DNA from: a virus
Lineage: Duplodnaviria > Caudoviricetes
Strand: one strand, 5' to 3'
DNA length: 64,000 bases
IMG/VR virus record: IMGVR_UViG_2882682849_000004
Span: 5,296 to 69,295 of that record
Positions 27,451 through 36,324 of this stretch are shown one piece after another (position 1 is the stretch's first letter; every line of letters begins with the position of its first letter). The translations under genes were made by a program, and so were the position numbers. The notes beneath the pieces were generated by a model. The model did not search any database. It was not told where the DNA came from and saw nothing but the letters and a program-made list of their open reading frames with translations.

Positions 27451-27959
27451 TTCCCATATCTTTTATTCAAATAGTCCTCCTGAAGGATTTCATACATTTT
27501 TTCATCATAAAGCTTTCCGTCAGGCAGCATTACGTGCCTTTTACGGGTGCCTACAATCCTCCCTCCATATTTTTGGATTAACCGGTCATACTGCTGTTCT
27601 ATGGGATTTCCTATAATTACAAAAAAGTCTATTTTCTGAAAGTTATACTTTTCGAAAATATCCTTTACCATCTGCATTACGTCTATCCCAAATACAGGAT
27701 TGTTGGTAAAATTAATGATGGAAAGCCCGCTTACAAACCTGCATTCCCTGTCTATGCTGTAAGAAAGGTATCCGATTACTTCCCCGTCAGGATTAACGGA
27801 GGCAAACTGCATTTTGTCCCATGTGTTTTCATCAATTGATATTGGGGAAAAGTAGGAATAACTGTTATAATACCAATACTTTTTATCTCCCCATGTTCCG
27901 CGCATTTTTCTTTCCAGTTCTTCTTTGTGGCTTTGTGCATCTTCAAGCAACTGTATCAC
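27438..27959 (-). CDS. GNAT (RimJ/RimL-like) acetyltransferase-fold protein
   Basis: GEVIGYLS, NFQKIDFFVIIGNP...YGGRIVGTRKRHV..DGKLYDEKMYEIL. Confidence 0.7.
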   Translation of the reverse strand: MIQLLEDAQSHKEELERKMRGTWGDKKYWYYNSYSYFSPISIDENTWDKMQFASVNPDGEVIGYLSYSIDRECRFVSGLSIINFTNNPVFGIDVMQMVKDIFEKYNFQKIDFFVIIGNPIEQQYDRLIQKYGGRIVGTRKRHVMLPDGKLYDEKMYEILQEDYLNKRYGKDTG

Positions 27960-28857
27960 CTTCCTTCCCCGCTACAGGAGCGTTAAATGTCCCGAACTTA
28001 AATACCGGTTTTGCCCTGCACCGGCACTGGTAATCCTGGCCCGGATGGCATCTGCGCCCGGTTTTTTCATCTACTACGGGAGGCGTATCCCATCGGAATT
28101 TCCTGCCGTTAAGCCTTTTGTGTGATTTCCTCACGCGGCCGTCCCCGCAGTCACACCAGTAATATTCTTCAATCCCTGCGTCTCTCTGCTGGGCTTCTGT
28201 AACTGCTGCGTTCAGTTTTCCCACCTGATCCCTTGCAATCAGGCTGGCGCGGGATTTCCCCACGTTATACCTGTGCTGTATATCCTTCATAATCCGGGTA
28301 GTGCTTTTCCCGTCCAGAAATCCGCTTTTTATAATTCCCCTTATATCTTCCAGCGTATCGCCCGGTATCGACTTAATCAGTGATACATTTTCATCCACCC
28401 ATCTGTCCATAATGGCGCGGTAGAATTCGCCCATGTAATAATCGTCAAGAATATCTATGCCAAGGGTTTTCCGTACAGCCTTTTTCCACTCCTTAATCGT
28501 AAGCTTTCTGGTCAGATTTGCAAAAGATTCCAGTTTCCTTCTAAGGTCGAAGCCTTCTTCTTTTTCAACAAACCTCTCCTGAATTTTGTTAAAGACCTCC
28601 AGCATAAGCGATAATACATCATTTATACTGTCAGTCCGGTAAGTCCCCCTTTCCTTCATGATCTGCTCTTTGAGGGCCGGAATTTCTTCTTCTATGGTTT
28701 CTTTTAAGAGCCTCATATACTGCCTGGAAAGACGGTCATATTCCCGCTCTATGCCGGACGGGAATGCCGGGGTATACTTCGATATCAGTACATCATGGCC
28801 GTAAAACTTTTTTTGTATCAGCTCCTGTACCGCCCTGCGGTGCATCTGTTCATCCAT
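27943..28857 (-). CDS. Minor head protein (MuF / SPP1 gp7 family)
   Basis: IARDQVGKLN..QQRDAGIEEYYWCDCGDGRVRKSH...HPGQDYQCRCRA. Confidence 0.92.
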   Translation of the reverse strand: MDEQMHRRAVQELIQKKFYGHDVLISKYTPAFPSGIEREYDRLSRQYMRLLKETIEEEIPALKEQIMKERGTYRTDSINDVLSLMLEVFNKIQERFVEKEEGFDLRRKLESFANLTRKLTIKEWKKAVRKTLGIDILDDYYMGEFYRAIMDRWVDENVSLIKSIPGDTLEDIRGIIKSGFLDGKSTTRIMKDIQHRYNVGKSRASLIARDQVGKLNAAVTEAQQRDAGIEEYYWCDCGDGRVRKSHKRLNGRKFRWDTPPVVDEKTGRRCHPGQDYQCRCRAKPVFKFGTFNAPVAGKEGDTVA

Positions 28858-30826
28858 CCCGCCGCCCCCCGCCAAAATTCAGAATATTTTTCAGCACATC
28901 AATGGAAAGTCCGAAAGGCGGGAAAATGCTGCTGCTTTCCTGCACTTCTTCCAAGCTTACAAATCTGGCATTTTGGATTTCGTCCCCGCCTGAATACGGT
29001 TCCCCTCCGTATTCTGTGCACAAATAAAAATATGCCGGACAGAACCCATCCGGCATTACGTCTTTGTCCAGATATCCAATCGGAATCAGCTCATTAAGAT
29101 CTATGGAAAATTCCTCCATTGTTTCGCGCCGAGCTGCATCCTCCGGGCCCTCCCCTGGTTCTATATGGCCTCCCGGACCGCATATCCCCATCCCGTCTGT
29201 TCTGTCGCCGATAAGAAGTTTTCCGTCTTTTATCACAAGTATGCCAACGCCTGTGCCCCTTAAGTCCCCGTCTTTATGAATATCTGTGGATGCGTTACGG
29301 GTGCAGGGAGCCTTTGTTTTATCCCCCATGATAATTTGTTTGTCCAGGTCATCTTCACCGCTGTTTTGGGCCTGCTCTGTAACCGTTTCCTCTCTGGGTG
29401 CGTCAATGCCGAGAAGCCCGGCAATGTCCAGATCATCTTCTTCGCTGATCAGGTCATTGATTGTAAATTCTTCACTCCTTTTCAGCCCTTCCCGCACTTC
29501 CGATACATCAAGGGCCTGCATATCCACATAAATCTGTGCTGTGGCTGCCTTTGTCTGTTCCGTGGTTGCCCTGACGGCATCTACGTTGGCCTGCTCCTCC
29601 TCGCTTAAGGACCACAGCGGGACAAAGCCGACTTTATAGGCCGGGATTTCCTTTATATCCCCGTTTTTCCTTCCGCATTCAAAGATTAAATCAAGAAGCA
29701 TTCTCAGGTTCTTTTTTAACATCATCTTCTGGATTTTCCCTACATAGTTGTAGTAGTTCTCCATATCGCTTTCGCCGGTGCTGTTCTCGCCGGCAGGCGA
29801 GCGCCCGAACAGGATTGTCTGGGGGATATGGGTTACGGCGGAAAGCATGTTGCACGTACTGTCTATGATATCCTTTACGCCTGAAAGCGGCATGCTTTTA
29901 AAATCGTATTCTTCTTCGCTGTCAATCACAATGCTACTCAGGATGCTTCTGGCAAGGTCAATAAGCTCCATGCGTTGCAATACTTTGTCTTGTCCGTCCG
30001 TGGTCAGCAGTATATTAGACAGGTTTTTCATCTTATGTACAGCCTGCACGCACCGTTCCAGCATCCTGACGCTGAAAGAATGGGACAGCACTGTCTCCCT
30101 GAGCGCGTGCTGTATCCGCAGGTGTTCCGGGATCCCGAAAAACTGATAGGACGAATAAAAGCCTGTCTCCGGCAGTTTCCCGTTACGGAAAATAAGGCAG
30201 CGGCTTTCATGCACCCGGAACTGCCCGTACTGGCTGTTGACATAGTAAAATTCCGGATTTCGAAACCTGCTGCCTCTGCTTTTCACCTTTTCCGGATTGC
30301 AGGCGTAAAGAGAGGAACGATCCGGTTCGACAACTGCCCTCTCATAAACAAGGAGTTCCTCTATTTCCTCCACTGACTCCCAGTCAAGGGGTTCGTCCAG
30401 ATCACACCCGTCATCCACCAGCATCACGATAACGGCGCCGCCGTAAAGACGGGCCCATTTGATAGCCGTAGCCGCCGTTTCCTCCCAGTCCAGCCGGTCC
30501 AGCTCGTCTGATATAAATTCCTCTATATCAGGGTCATTTAAGCCAAAATCATACCCGTGCTTGACTGCTTCTTCCGCAGGCTCGTCTATGATTGTGGCAA
30601 ACAGTCCGTTCTCCATATACTGTTCTGTCAGCTCCAGGTCTGATACCGGCCCTTCGGCAGAATAAGTGTAAGCGGTAGAACTGTCATTCTTTGTGTTGTA
30701 TCTGGTAAGCACATTTTGATAGCCGCCGTCATAATTTTTTTTCTGCTCCTGCTCTCCGGATGCCTTCATCCGCAGGATGCGGCGGCCGTTTTCTTCCTGA
30801 ACATATTCATTTGTTCCATTCTTCAC
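28850..30826 (-). CDS. Portal protein (DUF1073-type) with C-terminal NUDIX domain
   Basis: Portal motifs (WARLYGGAVI, IPQTILFGRSPAGENSTGESD); Nudix box GHIEPGEGPEDAARRETMEEFSI at ~29102-29169. Confidence 0.88.
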   Translation of the reverse strand: MKNGTNEYVQEENGRRILRMKASGEQEQKKNYDGGYQNVLTRYNTKNDSSTAYTYSAEGPVSDLELTEQYMENGLFATIIDEPAEEAVKHGYDFGLNDPDIEEFISDELDRLDWEETAATAIKWARLYGGAVIVMLVDDGCDLDEPLDWESVEEIEELLVYERAVVEPDRSSLYACNPEKVKSRGSRFRNPEFYYVNSQYGQFRVHESRCLIFRNGKLPETGFYSSYQFFGIPEHLRIQHALRETVLSHSFSVRMLERCVQAVHKMKNLSNILLTTDGQDKVLQRMELIDLARSILSSIVIDSEEEYDFKSMPLSGVKDIIDSTCNMLSAVTHIPQTILFGRSPAGENSTGESDMENYYNYVGKIQKMMLKKNLRMLLDLIFECGRKNGDIKEIPAYKVGFVPLWSLSEEEQANVDAVRATTEQTKAATAQIYVDMQALDVSEVREGLKRSEEFTINDLISEEDDLDIAGLLGIDAPREETVTEQAQNSGEDDLDKQIIMGDKTKAPCTRNASTDIHKDGDLRGTGVGILVIKDGKLLIGDRTDGMGICGPGGHIEPGEGPEDAARRETMEEFSIDLNELIPIGYLDKDVMPDGFCPAYFYLCTEYGGEPYSGGDEIQNARFVSLEEVQESSSIFPPFGLSIDVLKNILNFGGGRRDG

Positions 30827-30845
30827 TTTTCCTCTCACCTCCTTC

Positions 30846-32246
30846 TTACAGCAGACCGTCAATGTTAAATCCCATTCCTAAGGTAACCTCGCCAAAAGCA
30901 GAACTTCCGGCATCTACCATATCCTTAAACTTGCTTTCGGGAAAACTTTCAAGCTGGTTAAAATATGCCTCGTTCCATTCGCCTTCCATGATGTCAAAAA
31001 ATCCCTGCTGCCACTGTGCCGCCATAGGCTCGGCGCGGGACTCTTTGCTGCCGGACTCCGGCTTGGCCACCACGTTATATCCGGACAACATGTTAATATA
31101 GCTTTGCGCCTGCTCTTTCCCGGCCTGTCCGGGATCCTGCGGCAGCCTCTGCCTTACCATACATAATTTGCCATACCTGGCATTGTCAACCTGTGCTGTA
31201 TTCAAAACCAGTTTCCGGACCTCGCCGGCTTTAATCTGCTGGTTGATTACATCAATAACTAAAAATCTGCCGCATGCCCTCTTTCCTATGAGGACACCGG
31301 CAGTATAAGCGGCATTATTATCTTCGTCCGAGTCTGTAGCGGCCAAATCCCATCCCCTGCAGATAGCTATAATATCGTCAGGCAGTACTTTCAGAATTTT
31401 CCCTATCTGGGTACGTTTGAAAAATGATCCGGCGCTTGGTTTGATTTTCCAGTTGCCGCGCAGAAGCCTTTCTTTTTCAACTTCCGGTAATGCCAGCAGA
31501 TTTGCAAGATAACCGGGATCATTTTCCATGAGGATTTTGTTATCCTTTAGGGTACTCGCAATAAATGTAACGCTCTTTACAGCATGTTCCGCCTCATCCC
31601 CCCTGAGTCCGGTTTGCTTAGCAAACTCCACACCTTCCTCTTTTGTGTCAAACCATGAGACAATATCGTTGTTATGTACCATGTAGCGGATAACCCCGCT
31701 GCGCTCTGGTATCGGATACCCCGTTTCCGGATCTATCCACCACGAAATAAAATCAGCAACCCAACTGTCCGCATCCGGATTACAGGTTGCCCTCATGTAC
31801 GGATGTATTCCGCAAGCTGTACGGTTACGAGAAAGCATGTAAAAAAACTGTTTTTTTGTAAAGTGTGTTAATTCATCAAATCCAATCAGGGCTATTTGTG
31901 ATCCCTGCCAATTACGCAAATCCTTATCGCCATCTATATGAGCGAATCCTACTCTGGCACCCGACTTAAATCTCCAATGGCGCCTGGGCGATGTTTTCGG
32001 TTCGGCTCCCTTAATCCCTCCATAAACTTCAAAACTGGAATCCCATAGTCCACCTTCCTGGGTAATCTGTATTGACTGTCTCCTGAATATCCCAGCTACA
32101 AACCTGGGATTTGAGGTATGGCGCAGAGCTTCTAATAGTAAAGCGTATGTTTTTCCGCCACCTGCTGCGCCTCCATAAATAGCAATATCCGCAGAGGTGC
32201 TTAAAAATAATTCCTGTGGCCCTTCTTGTGGTTTTAATACCTTCAT
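30846..32246 (-). CDS. terL: Terminase large subunit
   Basis: Walker A YGGAAGGGKT, Walker B IGFDE, MRATCNP, RGWDLAAT, DMVDA. Confidence 0.95.
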   Translation of the reverse strand: MKVLKPQEGPQELFLSTSADIAIYGGAAGGGKTYALLLEALRHTSNPRFVAGIFRRQSIQITQEGGLWDSSFEVYGGIKGAEPKTSPRRHWRFKSGARVGFAHIDGDKDLRNWQGSQIALIGFDELTHFTKKQFFYMLSRNRTACGIHPYMRATCNPDADSWVADFISWWIDPETGYPIPERSGVIRYMVHNNDIVSWFDTKEEGVEFAKQTGLRGDEAEHAVKSVTFIASTLKDNKILMENDPGYLANLLALPEVEKERLLRGNWKIKPSAGSFFKRTQIGKILKVLPDDIIAICRGWDLAATDSDEDNNAAYTAGVLIGKRACGRFLVIDVINQQIKAGEVRKLVLNTAQVDNARYGKLCMVRQRLPQDPGQAGKEQAQSYINMLSGYNVVAKPESGSKESRAEPMAAQWQQGFFDIMEGEWNEAYFNQLESFPESKFKDMVDAGSSAFGEVTLGMGFNIDGLL

Positions 32247-33034
32247 TTCTTATCACGTCCATTATTCGGAAGATAAATCATTACATCCTCTATATCATCA
32301 CTATTTTTCTCTGTACTCATACTTTCTGCCTTGGACTTCCATCCATTCAACAAATCATCATAATTTTCATTTGCAATGCGGAGCCTGATAAGGGAATCTA
32401 TGCACTTTGTCTTTGCTCTTTGGATCTTTGTAAATTCAGCCTCAAGAACAGCCAGCCCCTTTATGGCATATTCTGTATCTGTGCTTGTTTCCTCCACCTT
32501 ATTACAAATATTATTCTCGCTATCACATTCTTTTTTTGACTTCTTTTTAACACTCTTTACATAAAATCCCTTCTCGGATTTTTCTTTAAATGCTTTGATT
32601 TGGTGCATAAATTTGCGTTCCCGTATAGAGTACATAGCAATCTGTTGCTTTAATAATTCTTCTTCCTTACCAGATACTTCATCAATTAATTGGAGATCTT
32701 CTTCATCAAGAGCGTCCCAATATATTTTTGAGTAAGCTCCATGCTTTTCAGCATTTTTATTTCTTTTAGGGGTAGATGGGGCGTGGCCAACAGCATTCTT
32801 ATTCCCTCTCGGCGCTCCTTTTGGTTTCCGAGCGTTCGATTTCTTTTTATCCGAGCGTTCGGTTTCTTTTTTTTTACTCTGTTCGCTTTTATTTTCATCC
32901 CATTTTTGGGTAGATTTCCATCTGCGGACAGTGCTGTCCGGTACACCGATTTTTTTCGCAATATCAACCAGCTTCATCCCATCCTGGTATAGCTTTTCTG
33001 CTTCAATACTGCTTGGGCTTCTTGCTCTTGCCAT
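32243..33034 (-). CDS. terS: Terminase small subunit
   Basis: N-terminal HTH (LVDIAKKIGVPDSTVRRWK), GAPRGNKNA and KNAEKHG motifs. Confidence 0.88.
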   Translation of the reverse strand: MARARSPSSIEAEKLYQDGMKLVDIAKKIGVPDSTVRRWKSTQKWDENKSEQSKKKETERSDKKKSNARKPKGAPRGNKNAVGHAPSTPKRNKNAEKHGAYSKIYWDALDEEDLQLIDEVSGKEEELLKQQIAMYSIRERKFMHQIKAFKEKSEKGFYVKSVKKKSKKECDSENNICNKVEETSTDTEYAIKGLAVLEAEFTKIQRAKTKCIDSLIRLRIANENYDDLLNGWKSKAESMSTEKNSDDIEDVMIYLPNNGRDKK

Positions 33035-33064
33035 TCATCACCACCTCACTATTTGTTTTGTTTT

Positions 33065-33095
33065 AAAAAAACAGAGGGAGGCAATGCACTCCCTC
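33065..33095 (-). terminator. Terminator between modification cluster and terS
   Basis: GAGGGAG-TGCATTGC-CTCCCTC then TGTTTTTTT. Confidence 0.7.
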
Positions 33096-33130
33096 ATTGT
33101 TGCGTCATACGAATACCAATTGATTTAACA

Positions 33131-33652
33131 CTAAATCTTCGTTATAAACTCCGCTTTTGAGAACTCCCGTTCTGGCTTGATCATCATTTTTAAAAAGTCC
33201 TCTTTGGAAAACTCAGATAATCTAAATACTTCCTCAGGCCTCATTCCAAGTTGTTTCCCGATTTCCCCAACTGATTTACCATCAGCTAACAATTCCTTAA
33301 CAATTGCTTTCATGGGTTCCAGAAGATGTGTTCCCCTTGCCCTATTATGGGTAATAGTCCCGTACATATTTCCTGCTCTATCTTTATGAGACACAATAAC
33401 TATTGGCACCAGTCCGTCAAGCATGGAAAACAGCGGTTCGTTTCCCGCAACGGTCCAACGGTGAAATCCGTCTATAATTGTAAAATCGGGACGTACCACA
33501 ATCGGCAACGTCCATCCATTTGTCATTATAGACTGCTTTAGAAGCTCCAAATTTTGTTTTGATACTTTATTTGGGTTATAGTCATTTGGCTTTATTCTAT
33601 CCCTTTCTACCCATTGGAGCGTAGAAAGAGGGCCATTAAGTTTACTATCCAT
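33131..33652 (-). CDS. IbrB-like ParB/Srx-domain protein
   Basis: IKPNDYNPNKV...GWTLPIVV..IIDGFHRW...TITHNRARGTH. Confidence 0.85.
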   Translation of the reverse strand: MDSKLNGPLSTLQWVERDRIKPNDYNPNKVSKQNLELLKQSIMTNGWTLPIVVRPDFTIIDGFHRWTVAGNEPLFSMLDGLVPIVIVSHKDRAGNMYGTITHNRARGTHLLEPMKAIVKELLADGKSVGEIGKQLGMRPEEVFRLSEFSKEDFLKMMIKPEREFSKAEFITKI

Positions 33653-34790
33653 CTCTTTTTTCTCCCTTTTTAGCCTCCGCAATATATTTGCTATATACCC
33701 TCTGATATATTGCCCTGAGTGTACGCAATTTCGGATCTCCAGATATGAGCCCTTCATAAATCGATTTACAATCTTTATTATCAATAATGACGGAAACAGC
33801 CATAAAGAATTTCCGGTATTGCTCCGCCACATATCGTTTATGCTTTGTCTGGAAATTACCATTCATATCAGAAAATAGTTTAATTAAGGCCGCTTTATAA
33901 TCTTTTTCAGCACTTCCATTTTCATTCTGTTTTCTATCAGCAGTATTTCTTCCAAACATTTCACTATCCCAATACAAGGCAGCAAGGTATGCATTAGGCT
34001 CACGTCGCACTATCCTTTCCATAAGGTCAGGATAATACTCATTCATCTTTACGAGGCTCCTTGCCGTATCAATAGAAAAAAACTGCGATACCCTCAGCTG
34101 ACGCTTTTTTGTACCGGATTGCCACAAAAACAGGTATACTTCTGGTATGTCCACCTTTTCCCGTAAAAGATAGAGCCACACATCATTATCTGTCCAGTCA
34201 TATATGGGAAATACCTGGTGTCTGCCTGTCATGGTTTTACCTGTTTTCGTCATAGCCGCAACATATTGCAGACGATGTATAGATTCTGCCGTTCGGATGC
34301 CAGTTATCGTGATTCCCCCGGTACATATCCGATGCAAAAAATTTTGATATGTGTCCACGCGAGGCCGTAGTAATGGATGATTATGTATTGCGAATGATGG
34401 TTGTGGCCTTACCCATACATCTTTTTTATATCTATCCCAGCAGATGAATGATTCGTCATTAGACAGCTCGTTAAAACAGTTATAGTGTTTGACCTCCAAA
34501 CAAAACCACTCAAATTTTGCACCAATTAATAAAAATTTTTTCCGCCATTCCCTTACTTTTTCTTCTATACACGGGAAAATAGCTTCTTCATCAATAAATT
34601 GCACAATAAGTTGTTCCGGATTAATCTCCCCTGCCTGAATCAGATTTATTACCAGCTGAGATAAGCAAAGACTGTCCTTTCCACCGCTAAATGACATATA
34701 GACCGGAAGACCGTTGCGAAATACGTTCCTAATCCTAATTTTCGCCGCTTCTACTACATCAATACTAGATAAACATCTTTTTACAGCCAT
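33645..34790 (-). CDS. IbrA-like PAPS-reductase-family (PP-loop) protein
   Basis: SFSGGKDS, FIDEE, TGIRTAES, PIYDWTDNDVW, LRVSQFF. Confidence 0.85.
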   Translation of the reverse strand: MAVKRCLSSIDVVEAAKIRIRNVFRNGLPVYMSFSGGKDSLCLSQLVINLIQAGEINPEQLIVQFIDEEAIFPCIEEKVREWRKKFLLIGAKFEWFCLEVKHYNCFNELSNDESFICWDRYKKDVWVRPQPSFAIHNHPLLRPRVDTYQNFLHRICTGGITITGIRTAESIHRLQYVAAMTKTGKTMTGRHQVFPIYDWTDNDVWLYLLREKVDIPEVYLFLWQSGTKKRQLRVSQFFSIDTARSLVKMNEYYPDLMERIVRREPNAYLAALYWDSEMFGRNTADRKQNENGSAEKDYKAALIKLFSDMNGNFQTKHKRYVAEQYRKFFMAVSVIIDNKDCKSIYEGLISGDPKLRTLRAIYQRVYSKYIAEAKKGEKRDG

Positions 34791-35416
34791 ATCTTTTCCC
34801 CACAATTCGGACATATGACAACTTTTTTGTTTTCGTTGGGTTCTCCATCCTTTGCTGTAGGATCCTGATGTATCTGTTCCGTTGGTGTTTGACCCAAATG
34901 CTGTACTTCCCGCTCTGTTTCCAGTCTCTGCATTTGCTGTTGCCTTTTCTCTGATGTTTCCCTAATACTTTGAATTTCATCTTCATTGAGTGTGCCATAT
35001 TCAGAAAGCTTCTGTGTAACATCCTCTGCCTCCGATACCATTTGCTGTAAAATCTCCTGGTCAAATCCTGGGATATCCAAATCTCCCTGTAGCTCTTCCA
35101 AGAAGATATTCAATGTCTCCAAATTTTCTATTCCCAAATTAAAAATCTTATTATCCGCTATCATTAGCTTTTTTTTCTGATTTTCTGTAAGATTGTTATA
35201 TTGGAATACATCTGCCGTATCCTTACCCATTGCGAGAAGTGTATCATACAAGCCGCTGCCTGCCAGAATAACATTATTCTCATCAATAACAATTGGCCGA
35301 ATCTGCCCAAACATTTCCACGCTTCTGCAAAACTCATTAATCTGCTGCTCCGTATGTATCCGGACATTCCTTTTTGGCTTTACAAGATCAACCAGTTTCA
35401 TTTTTGTAACTTTCAT
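34781..35416 (-). CDS. ParB/Srx-domain protein with C-terminal zinc ribbon
   Basis: RNVRIH..QQI...FGQIRPIVIDENNVILAG; C-terminal CPNCG. Confidence 0.85.
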   Translation of the reverse strand: MKVTKMKLVDLVKPKRNVRIHTEQQINEFCRSVEMFGQIRPIVIDENNVILAGSGLYDTLLAMGKDTADVFQYNNLTENQKKKLMIADNKIFNLGIENLETLNIFLEELQGDLDIPGFDQEILQQMVSEAEDVTQKLSEYGTLNEDEIQSIRETSEKRQQQMQRLETEREVQHLGQTPTEQIHQDPTAKDGEPNENKKVVICPNCGEKIWL

Positions 35417-35485
35417 ATTCGCACCTCCAATAATTTTTGGTAGGAGCAATTGCGACATATGATTTATATACTACCTGCAAATAGC

Positions 35486-35527
35486 AAAAATGACAGTTAT
35501 TACAGGCGCTCCTCTGTAATACTGTCA
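35486..35527 (-). terminator. Long hairpin plus U-tract inside the cluster
   Basis: TGACAGTATTACAG-AGGAGCGC-CTGTAATAACTGTCA-TTTTT. Confidence 0.6.
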
Positions 35528-35538
35528 AATAAAAAATC

Positions 35539-36324
35539 TTATTTCTTAACCTCTAAAAAATCTTTTGCACTCTGAATATACTTCGCTGCCTCTGTCACGA
35601 TAGAACTGTCTATTTCATAGATTTCTGCCCAGGCATTTTCCACATTGCTGGTCCACTGTCTTGCCGGCCACGGATGTGTGCCGCAAAGATAGCCATTTTT
35701 CCAGTTATAAATCGGCGGCATTTCCAGATTATGATAATGGATATATGCCAGTATTTGCTCATGAGTCCATACGGAGAGAGGGCTATATCTCGTCACACCC
35801 TGTTTATTGGTATAGATATTATCACCCTTTCCCACATAGTTCCCATCAGCTTGGCGGCGCCCTAATAGTATCATATCCAGCTGGTTCTCTTTATAATACT
35901 TATACTGACCTCTGTGCTGAACTATCTGGAACCACCTGGATGCATATTTACTATCCTTTGGGAAAAGCATCTGCGGATGAGCGGCCAACCATTCAATATC
36001 TTGACCTGTGTTTATTATAGATAGCCCAGGCGGTTTGTGAACATCCACCCACTCTATAAATGCTTTATATTCTAAATTGCAAATAACAAGTGCACAGGAT
36101 CCTACCCCAGCCATACGACATATTTCCCCCAAGACCAGGGAATCTTTTCCACCACTCCACGCATATGCAGCTTTCTTTCCCTGGGTTTTCTTTCTAATTT
36201 CTTTTATGGTTTTATCCACCAGTTGATCTAGTTCTTTTCGGCTCACCGCCTGTTCAATCTTCATAAGTGCCTCTAGCCATTCAGAATTTTTGATCCGCTG
36301 CTTTCTTCCGAGCATTTCACCCAT
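35539..36324 (-). CDS. Second PAPS-reductase-family (PP-loop) protein
   Basis: AWSGGKDS, LLGRRQADGN, YSPLSVWTHEQI. Confidence 0.82.
   Translation of the reverse strand: MGEMLGRKQRIKNSEWLEALMKIEQAVSRKELDQLVDKTIKEIRKKTQGKKAAYAWSGGKDSLVLGEICRMAGVGSCALVICNLEYKAFIEWVDVHKPPGLSIINTGQDIEWLAAHPQMLFPKDSKYASRWFQIVQHRGQYKYYKENQLDMILLGRRQADGNYVGKGDNIYTNKQGVTRYSPLSVWTHEQILAYIHYHNLEMPPIYNWKNGYLCGTHPWPARQWTSNVENAWAEIYEIDSSIVTEAAKYIQSAKDFLEVKK

Noticed and set aside
28850-30826. Calling the portal an anti-CBASS Acb1 protein
   Set aside because: That label is often transferred to DUF1073 portals; position between terL and MuF and the motifs indicate a portal. No 2H phosphoesterase HxT motifs were recognised
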